A stretch of DNA of 57,387 nucleotides from Basidiobolus meristosporus CBS 931.73. Lineage: Eukaryota; Fungi; Basidiobolomycota. Below are positions 49,001 through 57,179 of this stretch, one piece after another. The notes below the pieces were generated by a model, which did not search any database, was not told the origin of the DNA, and saw only the letters and a list, made by a program, of their open reading frames with translations. The position numbers and the translations under genes are program-made. The stretch spans positions 1-57,387 of the forward strand of contig MCFE01000565.1 of the NCBI GenBank assembly GCA_002104905.1, written 5' to 3'. How positions within the stretch are numbered: position 1 is the stretch's first letter; the number at the start of each line of letters is the position of its first letter.

Positions 49001-50729
49001 CACAGTGCTCCAAAATAGCTGGGGGATCAATTTTCACTCCAGAAATTAGCTGATCTTTGATCATTTTACGCAAATAATCAAAATTGATGTGTCCAAATCT
49101 CCTGTGCCAAAGCATTGGTGTTTCTTCATTTAAGTTACTTATATTGGCTTCCAGATATGATGGAATATAAGTCAACTTGTATAGGTTCTGATCTCTGATG
49201 CCCGAAGCAATATGGGCACCATTTTGATCAGTGATCCTGCATCCAGAATTGTCAAAACTGAAACTGAGTCCTTCTGCTGTGGCCTTGCTTACAGAGAGTA
49301 GGTTCTTGGCTATTTCTGGTACATAGAGTACTTCTTTAAAGGTCAGTGTATGGCTTCCTTCACTGCTTCTAAGGTTTACTTGGATAGTTCCTTCTCCCAC
49401 TGCTTCAAGTGTTCTATCGTCACCCATGAAAACCTTCTTAATTGGAATTTCTTGATATTGGGTAAAAAGTTCTTTTTGGTGTGTAAAGTGTTGAGAAGCT
49501 CCAGAGTCAATATACCACGTCTGAGAATCCTTGTTTGTGGTCATATTTAGTGCAGATATGAATAGTCTATCTTCAGTTGTTACAGCATTTCCATATTCAG
49601 GCTTCTTTTGCTGATAATCTCTCTTTTTGAAACATCGGTCTGATGTGTGTCCTTTCCTTTTGCAGTAGTTGCAAAATAGGTTGCTGTTGCCTTTGTAGGG
49701 TCTTGGGTACCTCCTTTGTTGGTTATCATTGCTTATTAAAGCATTTTCTTCTTCCTTCTTATTGGCGCTTGATTTTCTTAATTCTTCATCCAGGAGCCTT
49801 CCATATACGTAATTTAAGGTCAAATCTTCAGTTCTGGACTCTAGGGCTGATACAAGGCCCTGAAACTCGTCTGTCAGGCTATTCAGGATGGTAACTATCA
49901 CATCCTCATCAGTAGTTGGTACGCCCACAGATTCCATCTCATCTACCAGCAGGGTAATTCTGTTAATTAGATTTTTCATTTCTTCTCCTGGCAGCATCTT
50001 TGTAGTAAAGAATTTTCTTCTCAGATACATTTTCTTGGCAGCTGAACATGACTGGTAGGTGTCTTCTAATGCTTTCCAGGCATTCTTTGCCGTTTTTGCT
50101 CTTGAGCATTGAATTAGCAATTTGTCCTTGACATTAAGGCAAATGCAGTTAAAGGCACTTTGTTCTTTCTTCTGGTACTTCAAGGCTTCCTCTCCCACGT
50201 TTTTAGGAGGGCATTCTTCTCCCATGACAATATCCCAAAGGCCTCTTTCTTGTAGCAGCATCTTCATCTTCACCTTCCACACTTGGTAGTTAGATCCATC
50301 CAACTTTTCAGCAGAGGGAAAAATTCCAGTAATAGCAGTAGTAGACATTGCAGAGAGTGACAGCTCGGGGCTCATAACCTGTTGTAAGAGTCTTGGAGAT
50401 ATTGGAAGTGATTTGGAGAACAAGTAGATTATGTGGTTTTCACTTAATGATTTATTGAATGTAAAAGTAGTATTTATACTTTTACATGGTCTTGGCATTA
50501 CAAACACGTAGAATAGGTTAAGGAAGGTCCCAAGAACATGTGTGCAAAGTTTGGGGCTGTTTGGACAACTTTGAGAATTTTCATGTTCTGGGTACCTGGT
50601 ATTTTGGTGAAAATATTCTAAGTAAATCCCAACAAGGAATTTGGTCAGTAATCTCTAGGATTTGAAGGTGATGATCTAAGTGACTAAGTTAGGTGAATAT
50701 TTAGGTGGAAAATACAAATTTTTACAACA
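46043..50729 (-). mobile_element. Full-length, apparently intact Ty1/copia LTR retrotransposon (4687 bp)
   Basis: 350-bp LTRs at 46043-46392 and 50380-50729 (3 differences), TSD TTTGG, PBS GGTTATGAGCCC, PPT GAGTGGGAG, uninterrupted gag-pol. Confidence 0.97.
46404..50375 (-). CDS. Copia gag-pol polyprotein (about 1323 aa)
   Basis: CCHC knuckle CNYCKRKGHTSDRC, protease WYIDSGAS, integrase SDLCGP/SDNGGEY/QQNGVAER, RT MDVKTAFLNG/YVDD, RNase H GYSDADW, in copia domain order. Confidence 0.96.
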   Translation of the reverse strand: MSPELSLSAMSTTAITGIFPSAEKLDGSNYQVWKVKMKMLLQERGLWDIVMGEECPPKNVGEEALKYQKKEQSAFNCICLNVKDKLLIQCSRAKTAKNAWKALEDTYQSCSAAKKMYLRRKFFTTKMLPGEEMKNLINRITLLVDEMESVGVPTTDEDVIVTILNSLTDEFQGLVSALESRTEDLTLNYVYGRLLDEELRKSSANKKEEENALISNDNQQRRYPRPYKGNSNLFCNYCKRKGHTSDRCFKKRDYQQKKPEYGNAVTTEDRLFISALNMTTNKDSQTWYIDSGASQHFTHQKELFTQYQEIPIKKVFMGDDRTLEAVGEGTIQVNLRSSEGSHTLTFKEVLYVPEIAKNLLSVSKATAEGLSFSFDNSGCRITDQNGAHIASGIRDQNLYKLTYIPSYLEANISNLNEETPMLWHRRFGHINFDYLRKMIKDQLISGVKIDPPAILEHCEACIYGKQARQPFKSSGLIKTKKKLDLIHSDLCGPMQNLSLGGMKYLITFIDDYTRYTWVYFMERKEEALSKLREFKAMVERETGEKIKKIRSDNGGEYTSKLFIHFCKIHGIKQETTVPYSPQQNGVAERANRSIIDMARSMIHDQKLSYDFWAESVATAVYLKNRSYNRILCDSTPFEAWYGHRPSAEHLRIFGCTAYAKKLAGNQSKFEPKSVKCIFLGYCNESKAYRLYNTEAKKLIKSRDVLFDENSKFSQKMTSDDDENLISSPPIVRIESEQNNETFFTPEDSTTVVQPESVPRNIPEVIIPVSNARRSNWTRNSPNYYINEGTNLAYAYSVHIDEPQTVKEALNSPQTKFWRSAMTEEYQALMENQTWDLVKLPINRKSIGCRWVFKTKYKADGTIERYKARLVAKGYSQTKGLDYTETFAPVAKFNSIRLILAIAAKYKFFIHQMDVKTAFLNGELDEDVYMDQPDGFVDQDNPHLVCKLKKSLYGLKQSPRAWNCKIDSYLESLSFKRSNADYSIYYKPDRANPVLLALYVDDLIIATNNLETLEETKSSLSKEFKMSNLGELSYYLGIKFSIDRSTQTITLSQSKYIQDILKKYKMEDCKPAATPMETNLNLVKTQPNQESLVPSESPDFSYQSMVGSLMYIMLGTRPDISYSVGVVSQHNQNYGSDHIAAVKRIFRYLKGTADICLRYTYKDSEQDLVGYSDADWGRNLEDRRSTTGYTFLYCKGAISWNSRKQPTVALSTTEAEYMAACEATKEAMWLRKLFTDLGLCQKTPITLFQDNQGCIQLGRNPTFHARTKHIDIRHHFIREAIENNLVSLVYCPTDEMIADIFTKPLARDKFEYLRSKLGLVSMNI

Positions 50730-52076
50730 TTTGGTAGGCACCCAGTTTAGATTTTTTGCCAGATACTTATTCAATGCAGTGGAGAAGTTTCTGTCTACAA
50801 TCATTTCTAGGATCTTTCCTCTTCTCCAAGCTAGGTTAACAATTTTTGAAGTGTCAATATTTAGAGAGCGGAATGTACGTCTGATGTTTGATATAGTAGT
50901 CCATGGAACATTGGCAAAGTATAGCAAGGACCAATTCTGGAGCCGAGGTAAGTTTGCTGGAGGCCTATAGGTAGACTTCCTGGCAGGTTGTGTGGTAGGC
51001 TTTAGTGTTTCCAAGGTAGCAAGTTGTGGTTGAGACTTTTTGGAATTATGTATGACTTTGGAAAGAATTCTGCCAGCAACTGTGTCAGGAATGTTAGTAC
51101 TCATTGATGGTGAAGGGCCTGGCTCCTGGTACTCCTTTTGTAGAATACTTGAGTATGTCTCTTTTTGTTTTCCTTTATCCAATGTGCTATGCCTTGGAAT
51201 GGGATTTTGGGGAATAGAGACTTCAGGTATCAACTCTGGGGTCTGGTGACTGTCCAACATTGTTGCTTGAGCTTCCAGCTTTTCCTCTAAGATTTGAACT
51301 CTCTGCTTAAGCTCATCATTTGACACTATAAGTGTTGCATTGTTTGGAGCCAGGTCAGGTGTTGAGTTATGAAGGCAGGTTGAGCAGCGTTCTAACTCCT
51401 TTGTTTGGTCATCCAACTTTTCTTCTAAGGTTTGAACCCTCAATTTGAGTGCACCATTTGAGGTTAGAAGCTCCAAGTTATCAGCCTGCAACTTCTTTAG
51501 ATCCCTAAATATCTCAAATATCTGTGCCTGCAAGTCTTTAGCAGTGATATTTCTGATGGGTACTATTTCCTCTAGGGGCTCTTCTTGAGCCAGGTGATCA
51601 TTGGGACTTGAGCATTCTACTGGAGGAGTTGCTGGAATCTCCTCAATGTCTGACAAAACTTCTTCACTTGCAGCATCAATTGTATGATTATCCTGAGTAG
51701 CAGCAACAGTCTCAAGCTCACAAGGACCAGTTGAAGTAAAACATCTCTTAGGTGGGACTATCTCAAGAGGCTTGGGTGGGACTTTTGCTTTGAATGGTGA
51801 GGTACTAGTATCAAGAATTGGGACTGGGACAGAAGCTAGGGTGTCTATTTCAGCAGCAGTTGCTGTAGAGCTATGGGGCTCTGACTGGCCAGTTTTTTGG
51901 TCTTTGCCTTCACTCCTGCTACCAACTGGTCAAGACCACAAATCTTTGTACAGGCCTTGCATTGGACCTGCTTAAGCTTATTCTTGCCAGCACAGCCATT
52001 GAGCTTCCATTTGCCTCTGATACCACAGGCAGTGCAGTCAAGTCTTGAATACCATCTTCTGAAGAGAGTCAGATCC
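50730..52076 (-). pseudogene. ORF1 of the type A element: C4 zinc-ribbon, P/S/T-rich linker, coiled coil, C-terminal domain; frameshift near 51890-51930
   Basis: CTACGIRGKWKLNG...VQCKAC (51845-52096 frame), heptad-like LKLRVQTLEEKL repeats, WSLLYF...IRRTFRSLNID. Confidence 0.65.
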
Positions 52077-52385
52077 TTAGGGGGGGAGACAGTCACCGAC
52101 AGGTGAAATCTTTATTTCAGTTGAAACAAAGAAGCCAGCGCTACTGTTGTAGCTTTGATACAAGAGTGTGTAGCTGAGGGGAATTTGTAGTTAAGTTAAT
52201 AAGAAGTGATGATAGTTCTTCAGTGCTCAAGACACTGTTGAGTGGGAAGGGGGGTAGCAAGAGAGGTAAGAATGACTTGTGAACAACATTAATGAGGGGA
52301 ATGTGATAAGGATTGATATTCATCATAAAGGGAGTGTGCTGCTGCAGATATTGCTGCCAAAGGTCTGTCAAGTACTTCAGGTAGG
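52077..52385 (-). mobile_element. Telomeric retroelement type B, about 0.3-kb 3' fragment, followed by de novo TTAGGG repeats
   Basis: Matches 54324-54630 and the 3' end of 54702-57116; breaks at gtagg into gttagggttaggg. Confidence 0.9.
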
Positions 52386-52392
52386 GTTAGGG

Positions 52393-52740
52393 TTAGGGGG
52401 GAGGGAAAGTCACCAAGGTAGGTGAAATCTTTATTTGATTGCAGACAAGTCTAACTACAAATAAAGAAGCCAGCTGGGAATAGAGGATTCCCAAAGTAAA
52501 CACCAAGTTGAATATGAATAAATCTAAGCTAAAGTTAAGGCAGTATCCCAGAGTACACTGGAGTTCAGGTTCATGGGGGAGTGAAGTAGATAAGCTTGAG
52601 AGATATAATAATCTTTAAGGAAGTGGGTAACAGCAGGTGAAGGTGAGTTTTTGATAAGTGAAGTGAATCTTGAGAGCAGAGATTCCTCTAATGAGAAGGC
52701 CTTATAAACTGGAGAATCAGGAAACTCTTTAAAGGCATGG
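52393..52740 (-). mobile_element. Telomeric retroelement type C, 3' fragment
   Basis: Same 3' module with a distinct sequence; about 70 open codons on the - strand ending near 52523, possibly an ORF2 tail. Confidence 0.7.
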
Positions 52741-53437
52741 TGTTGTATCCAAGAGAAAGTGTAATAAAACTCTTGAATGGTTTAACTGAACCAAAGGGAC
52801 AATTAAGCGCAGAATCTTAGAATTGTCAGAGAGTGGCGGAAATATTAGCAGAAAGATTCTGATCTAATATTGGTCTTGGATATAGCTGGGTTGGCTATAA
52901 AGGCAATGATATTTGTTAGCTAGGCAGGCTAGGCTTGGTGTTCTTTGGAGTGCTAGATATACTAGGCTTGGATAGAAACTAGAACGGAATTGTTGGATTC
53001 GTATTTTTGCTGAGACAGAATCTTAATTTCATTGAGACACACACTAAACCAAAAGGTTCAGTACACTTTATTTACACTTTTCTGATCAAGTTGAATTAGT
53101 AAGCGCCAAGGGACTGGATTGATTGAAATCAATTTGGGTGTTCATAGGTGCTTAAGATAAATGAAAATTACATCATCAATCAACTGATGTCTTGGCAACT
53201 GCACAGTGGTTGGATAGATCTCAGATGACTAATCACCTGGGAAGGCTTGGCAGATAGGTTGATAACGTGATGACCATTTGAAAATAGATCAGGTGTGATA
53301 GCTAAAAATAGATTCTGAGGTGGGATCAAATAAACTGTAACTGGGATTTGTTATGTTTGGGTTAGGGAAAATCAGTTAGGGTACTAGATTTTCAAACGGA
53401 GTAAAATTGGCAAAGTTTTAAATGTTGATGCACAACA
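52741..53437 (-). repeat. Ty3/gypsy 3' LTR (697 bp)
   Basis: TGTTGT...ACAACA termini; purine tract GGAAGGAAG immediately upstream on the - strand. Confidence 0.75.
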
Positions 53438-53795
53438 TCACTTCCTTCCGGAAGAGGAGTTTTTTGATACCTTCTGGGTTCCTCTGCGGCTCCAATACTG
53501 ATTGATAATGGCAACATCATCAAAGTTGGTGTAAGGTTCCCAGGTGTTGTGTTTGGCATCATAGCCTTTCCACTTGACTAAATAAAGGCAATTTGGTTCT
53601 TCTCCATCATGGTCCAAAATAGCTTCAACTTCATAGGATTCTGAAGTTACTGGGTCTTGAGAAATAAGTTTGAGTGAGGAAGGTGGAAAGTTTTTGGGTA
53701 GCAGTGCTCCAGTGTTATCTTGAAGTACATAAGATCCTCCAGTAGTGCGTCTGACAACCTTGAATGGTCCTTCATACTTGGGGTCAAGCTTAGAT
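53438..53795 (-). pseudogene. Chromovirus integrase C-terminus with chromodomain, truncated by a TTAG(G)n junction
   Basis: KLDPKYEGPFKVV (GPY/F motif) and YEVEAILDH...YLVKWKGY...NTWEP (chromodomain). Confidence 0.9.
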
Positions 53796-54323
53796 TTAGG
53801 GGGGAGGAAAGTCACCAAGTGGTGAAATCTTTATTTACTTATGACAAGTATCTAAAGAAGCCAAGTTAATCTGAAGTTATTCCTAGAAAGCTAGGTCTGA
53901 GAGATATCTCCCTGGTAAGCCAGGTCTGAGAGTTGAGAAGCTGAGTGGTACTATATTTCCTAGTTAGCTAGGTGTGAGAGAGGTTTCCTGGAAAGCCAGG
54001 CCTGAGAAGTGAGAATCTGAATATATCTGAGCTAAGTTATACTGGTTTGCGGTAGCTGAATTGTGGCCGGAATGGCCAGTAGACTGGGGGAACTGAGATG
54101 AATTTCTGGGCGATCACTGGCCAAATTTACTAGGCAAATCTGGCCAATTAGCATTTCAAGGATTTCAGCCAATCAGAGCCTTTACTTTGCCCGATGGTTG
54201 ATCAAGCCATCTCCCAATGAGCACACATTAATTTATTAATCAAATTTTGTTGGATCCAGGATTTGAACCCACAACCATGGGTATGGAAGGGTTAGGGATA
54301 ACCACAAGGCTAAGTGTTCTTGG
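53796..54323 (-). mobile_element. Type D: non-coding 528-bp SINE-like element with a tRNA-type internal promoter and the shared telomeric 3' module
   Basis: A-box-like TAGCCTTGTGG (54312-54302), B box GGTTCAAATCC (54269-54259), tRNA-like spacing, no listed ORF, LINE-like 3' stem-loops plus C-run. Confidence 0.7.
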
Positions 54324-54701
54324 TTAGGGGGGAGACAGTCACCAACAGGTGAAATCTTTATTTCAGTTGAAACAAAGAAGCCAGCGCTACTGTTGTAGCT
54401 TTGATACAAGAGTGTGTAGCTGAGGGGAATTTGTAGGTAAGTTAATAAGAAGTGATGATAGTTCTTCAGTGCTCAAGACACTGTTCAGTGGGAAGGGGGG
54501 TAGCAAGAGAGGTAAGAATGACTTGTGAACAACATTAATGAGGGGAATGTGATAAGGATTGATATTCATCATAAAGGGAGTGTGCTGCTGCAGATATTGC
54601 TGCCAAAGGTCTGTCAAGTACTTCAGGTAGGCCAGCTTGGGTTTTTCTGACTGCAGAATAAATTCAGCAAACTTCTTGACTTCAGGATCTCCAAGTATAG
54701 T
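54324..54701 (-). mobile_element. Telomeric retroelement type B, about 0.38-kb 3' fragment
   Basis: Near-identical to the 3' end of 54702-57116. Confidence 0.92.
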
Positions 54702-57116
54702 TTAGGGGGGGGGGAGACAGTTACCAACAGGTGAAATCTTTATTTCAGTTGAAACAAAGAAGCCAGCGCTACTGTTGTAGCTTTGATACAAGAGTGTGTA
54801 GCTGAGGGGAATTTGTAGGTAAGTTAATAAGAAGTGATGCTAGTTCTTCAGTGCTAAACACACTGTTCAATGGGAAGGGGGGTAGCAAGAGAGGTAAGAA
54901 TGACTTGTGAACAACATTAATGAGGGGAATGTGATAAGGATTGATATTCATCATAAAGGGAGTGTGCTGCTGCAGATATTGCTGCCAAAGGTCTGTCAAG
55001 TACTTCAGGTAGGCCAGCTTGGGTTTTTCTGACTGCAGAATAAATTCAGCAAACTTCTTGACTTCAGGATCTCCAAGTATAGTTCTCCAGCAGGAGCCAG
55101 GTGTTGTGTGGTGTGTTCTCTTCCAGGCCTTAATCATTGGGTTCTTGCAGTTGTGAAGTCTGAGGTATAATCTGGTTCTAAGGTAGAGAAGTCTAATCTT
55201 ATAGGGCATAAACCCAAAAGCACCAAGAATAGCATGTCTGTAGGGGCATTCAGGCAAATGAGGCACCAAGGAGGTAATGCACCATACTGCAAACTTGTCA
55301 AGCTTAGTGCAGTCTCTAGAAGTAAGAGAGAGAAGTGCTAAGCCAAATTCCAGGACAGGGAAGACAAACTGCTTGAGTAGAAGGAGGCAGCTGGGAGCTG
55401 AAGTTGTAGGAGGAGTAACAGCCAGTAGCTTGTGGAGTGCCTGTCTTGCCAGGATAATTCTCTTCTTCAGGTGTGCTCCAGAGTCTAGTCCAGTAGGAAG
55501 GAAAGGAAAGCCAAGATATGTAGCAGAAACCTGAGCAGGTAGAGTGGAGTTCTCTAAGGTGATGGGAGAGCCCAAAGGTACTGTCTTTGCAATGGAAAGC
55601 TGGAGATTATTCTTCTGCAGATACTGGTGGATGGTCTGGGAGTCTTGTTGCACATTGGAGGAGGATATTCTGATGTCATCAGCAAAGAGAGTAACCAGGC
55701 AGTCAGCTGAGAGTCTTGGGAAATCATTCAGGAAGATGGCAAACAGTATAGGACCAAGCACAGAGCCTTGAACCACTCCATTAGGAACTGAGAACACAGC
55801 TGATTGCTCACTTGGGTGCAGAATTCTTGCTTGTGGATCCAGAAACAGAGACCTGACAAGGAGGGTGAGAGAGGTAGTGGAGAAGCATTGTAACTTGGAC
55901 CAAAGCAGATTTCTGTCAACTGAATCAAAGGCCTTAGTAATATCAAACAGAACAGAGGGATACTTGCACTGGAGAGAGTGATCTTGGCTAAGTATGACTG
56001 CATATTCCAAGGAGAGGCCAGAAACAAAGCCAAACTGTGCAGGATGAAACTTGAGGGAGTCAGAGTAGAGCTCCTGAGCAAGCAGAAGCTCAAACACCTT
56101 TCTGCAGGTGGGCAGCAGAGATATTGGCCTGTAGGAGCTAGGATCCAGGTGCTTTCCTTTACCCTTGTACAGTGGCAGAACATTTGCAAAGGACCATTTC
56201 TCAGGAGTAGAAAGCTGGGCTGAGCATTGCTGAAACAGTGGAAGCAGAAGTGCAGACATGGCCTTGGTACTAGTCTTCAGAAGCTCATAGGAGATTGTGT
56301 CCACACCTGGAGCAGTAGAGTTGGGAAGCCTCTTGAGCACATTATGGATTCTCCTTTGATCAAGTGCAAGTGGGATGGGCAGAGTCTTGAAGTCAGGATG
56401 AAAGCCAGGAGTTGAGTACTGCTTTGTAGAGAAGAAGATGTTAGCCAGCTGTTCTGTTGAAGGTAACATCCTGGAAGGGGGCCTCATTGCCCTGTAGAGT
56501 CTTGATACTGTTCTTGTTATAGAGTTGGAAGATTGCAGAGGCAAGGAACTCATAATATGATCCCAGAGCTGAGTATGCAGAGTGTGGTGAATTGCCCTGG
56601 AGTGGTGTATTGCTGTCAGGAGGAGTTTCTCTGTTTTTGGGTTAGGGAAACTCAGGTAGCTTTGTTGCAGGGCTGAAACAATGGATTCCCATTTTCTTGA
56701 GGTAACAGCAGTAGTCTTGCATGGCAGTGAGAGGGAGGCAGACACCAGAATCAGATGCTTCACAAAGAGCCAGGCATAGTTAAGATCATCTGGCAGAGAA
56801 AGTAGCAAACTGGCAAGCTTCAAGTAGTTCCCAAAGTCTTTCTTCTGATTCTTGGTAGCTTTGTGGGTGAGCACAGTAAGTTTTGGCAGCTTCTTCTTCA
56901 AAACTGGTTGCATAGAAAGGGACCAGGCTGGGTGGTCAGAGGCTCTGAAGGATCCTAGCTCAGCTCCAGAGAATTGCTTAACTTCATTCACAAAGTAGAG
57001 GGCAGCAGCAGAAGGGCAGATCCAGTCAACACATCTTTTCTCAGATTGAGCACCTAGTGCTAGCAGATGGCTTTCTCTCAGGAAGTTCAGTAGGAATGTA
57101 GACCTTGGCTTCATTC
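54702..57116 (-). mobile_element. Telomeric non-LTR retrotransposon type B, 2.4 kb, 5'-truncated within the APE domain
   Basis: Open ORF 54769-57114 and the shared 3' module; truncated by the next junction at 57117. Confidence 0.92.
54769..57114 (-). CDS. Type B ORF2 remnant (APE C-terminal part plus complete RT), 781 codons open
   Basis: RCVDWIC and ASDHPAW; SYRPISLL, QFGF, FDITKAFDSV, GVVQGSVLGPILF, LFADD. Confidence 0.9.
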   Translation of the reverse strand: MKPRSTFLLNFLRESHLLALGAQSEKRCVDWICPSAAALYFVNEVKQFSGAELGSFRASDHPAWSLSMQPVLKKKLPKLTVLTHKATKNQKKDFGNYLKLASLLLSLPDDLNYAWLFVKHLILVSASLSLPCKTTAVTSRKWESIVSALQQSYLSFPNPKTEKLLLTAIHHSRAIHHTLHTQLWDHIMSSLPLQSSNSITRTVSRLYRAMRPPSRMLPSTEQLANIFFSTKQYSTPGFHPDFKTLPIPLALDQRRIHNVLKRLPNSTAPGVDTISYELLKTSTKAMSALLLPLFQQCSAQLSTPEKWSFANVLPLYKGKGKHLDPSSYRPISLLPTCRKVFELLLAQELYSDSLKFHPAQFGFVSGLSLEYAVILSQDHSLQCKYPSVLFDITKAFDSVDRNLLWSKLQCFSTTSLTLLVRSLFLDPQARILHPSEQSAVFSVPNGVVQGSVLGPILFAIFLNDFPRLSADCLVTLFADDIRISSSNVQQDSQTIHQYLQKNNLQLSIAKTVPLGSPITLENSTLPAQVSATYLGFPFLPTGLDSGAHLKKRIILARQALHKLLAVTPPTTSAPSCLLLLKQFVFPVLEFGLALLSLTSRDCTKLDKFAVWCITSLVPHLPECPYRHAILGAFGFMPYKIRLLYLRTRLYLRLHNCKNPMIKAWKRTHHTTPGSCWRTILGDPEVKKFAEFILQSEKPKLAYLKYLTDLWQQYLQQHTPFMMNINPYHIPLINVVHKSFLPLLLPPFPLNSVFSTEELASLLINLPTNSPQLHTLVSKLQQ

Positions 57117-57179
57117 TTAGGGGGAGACAGTCACCAACAGGTGAAATCTTTATTTCAGTTGAAACAAAGAAGCCAACGC
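57117..57179 (-). mobile_element. Telomeric retroelement type B, about 60-bp 3' stub directly capped by the telomere
   Basis: ttagggggagacagtcacc...gaagccaacgc then (TTAGGG)n. Confidence 0.9.

Larger units (their letters stand above)
42834..52076 (-). mobile_element. Telomeric non-LTR retrotransposon type A (ORF1 plus APE-RT ORF2), about 4.55 kb net, 5'-truncated, interrupted by a copia
   Basis: 3' module at 42834; ORF2 43252-45972; ORF1 pieces 50730-52076. The sequence is continuous across the copia once the TTTGG TSD is removed. Confidence 0.85.

Noticed and set aside
46404-50507. ORF-track start at 50507 for the copia polyprotein
   Set aside because: The first 44 codons lie in the 5' LTR; the first plausible ATG is at 50375.
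42834-57116. Assigning the telomeric elements to Penelope-like (Athena/Coprina) or telomerase RT
   Set aside because: RT motifs (YRPISLL, QFGF, KAFDSV, QGSVLGP) and upstream GDIN/SDH are those of APE-type non-LTR elements; no pseudo-LTRs or GIY-YIG domain were seen.
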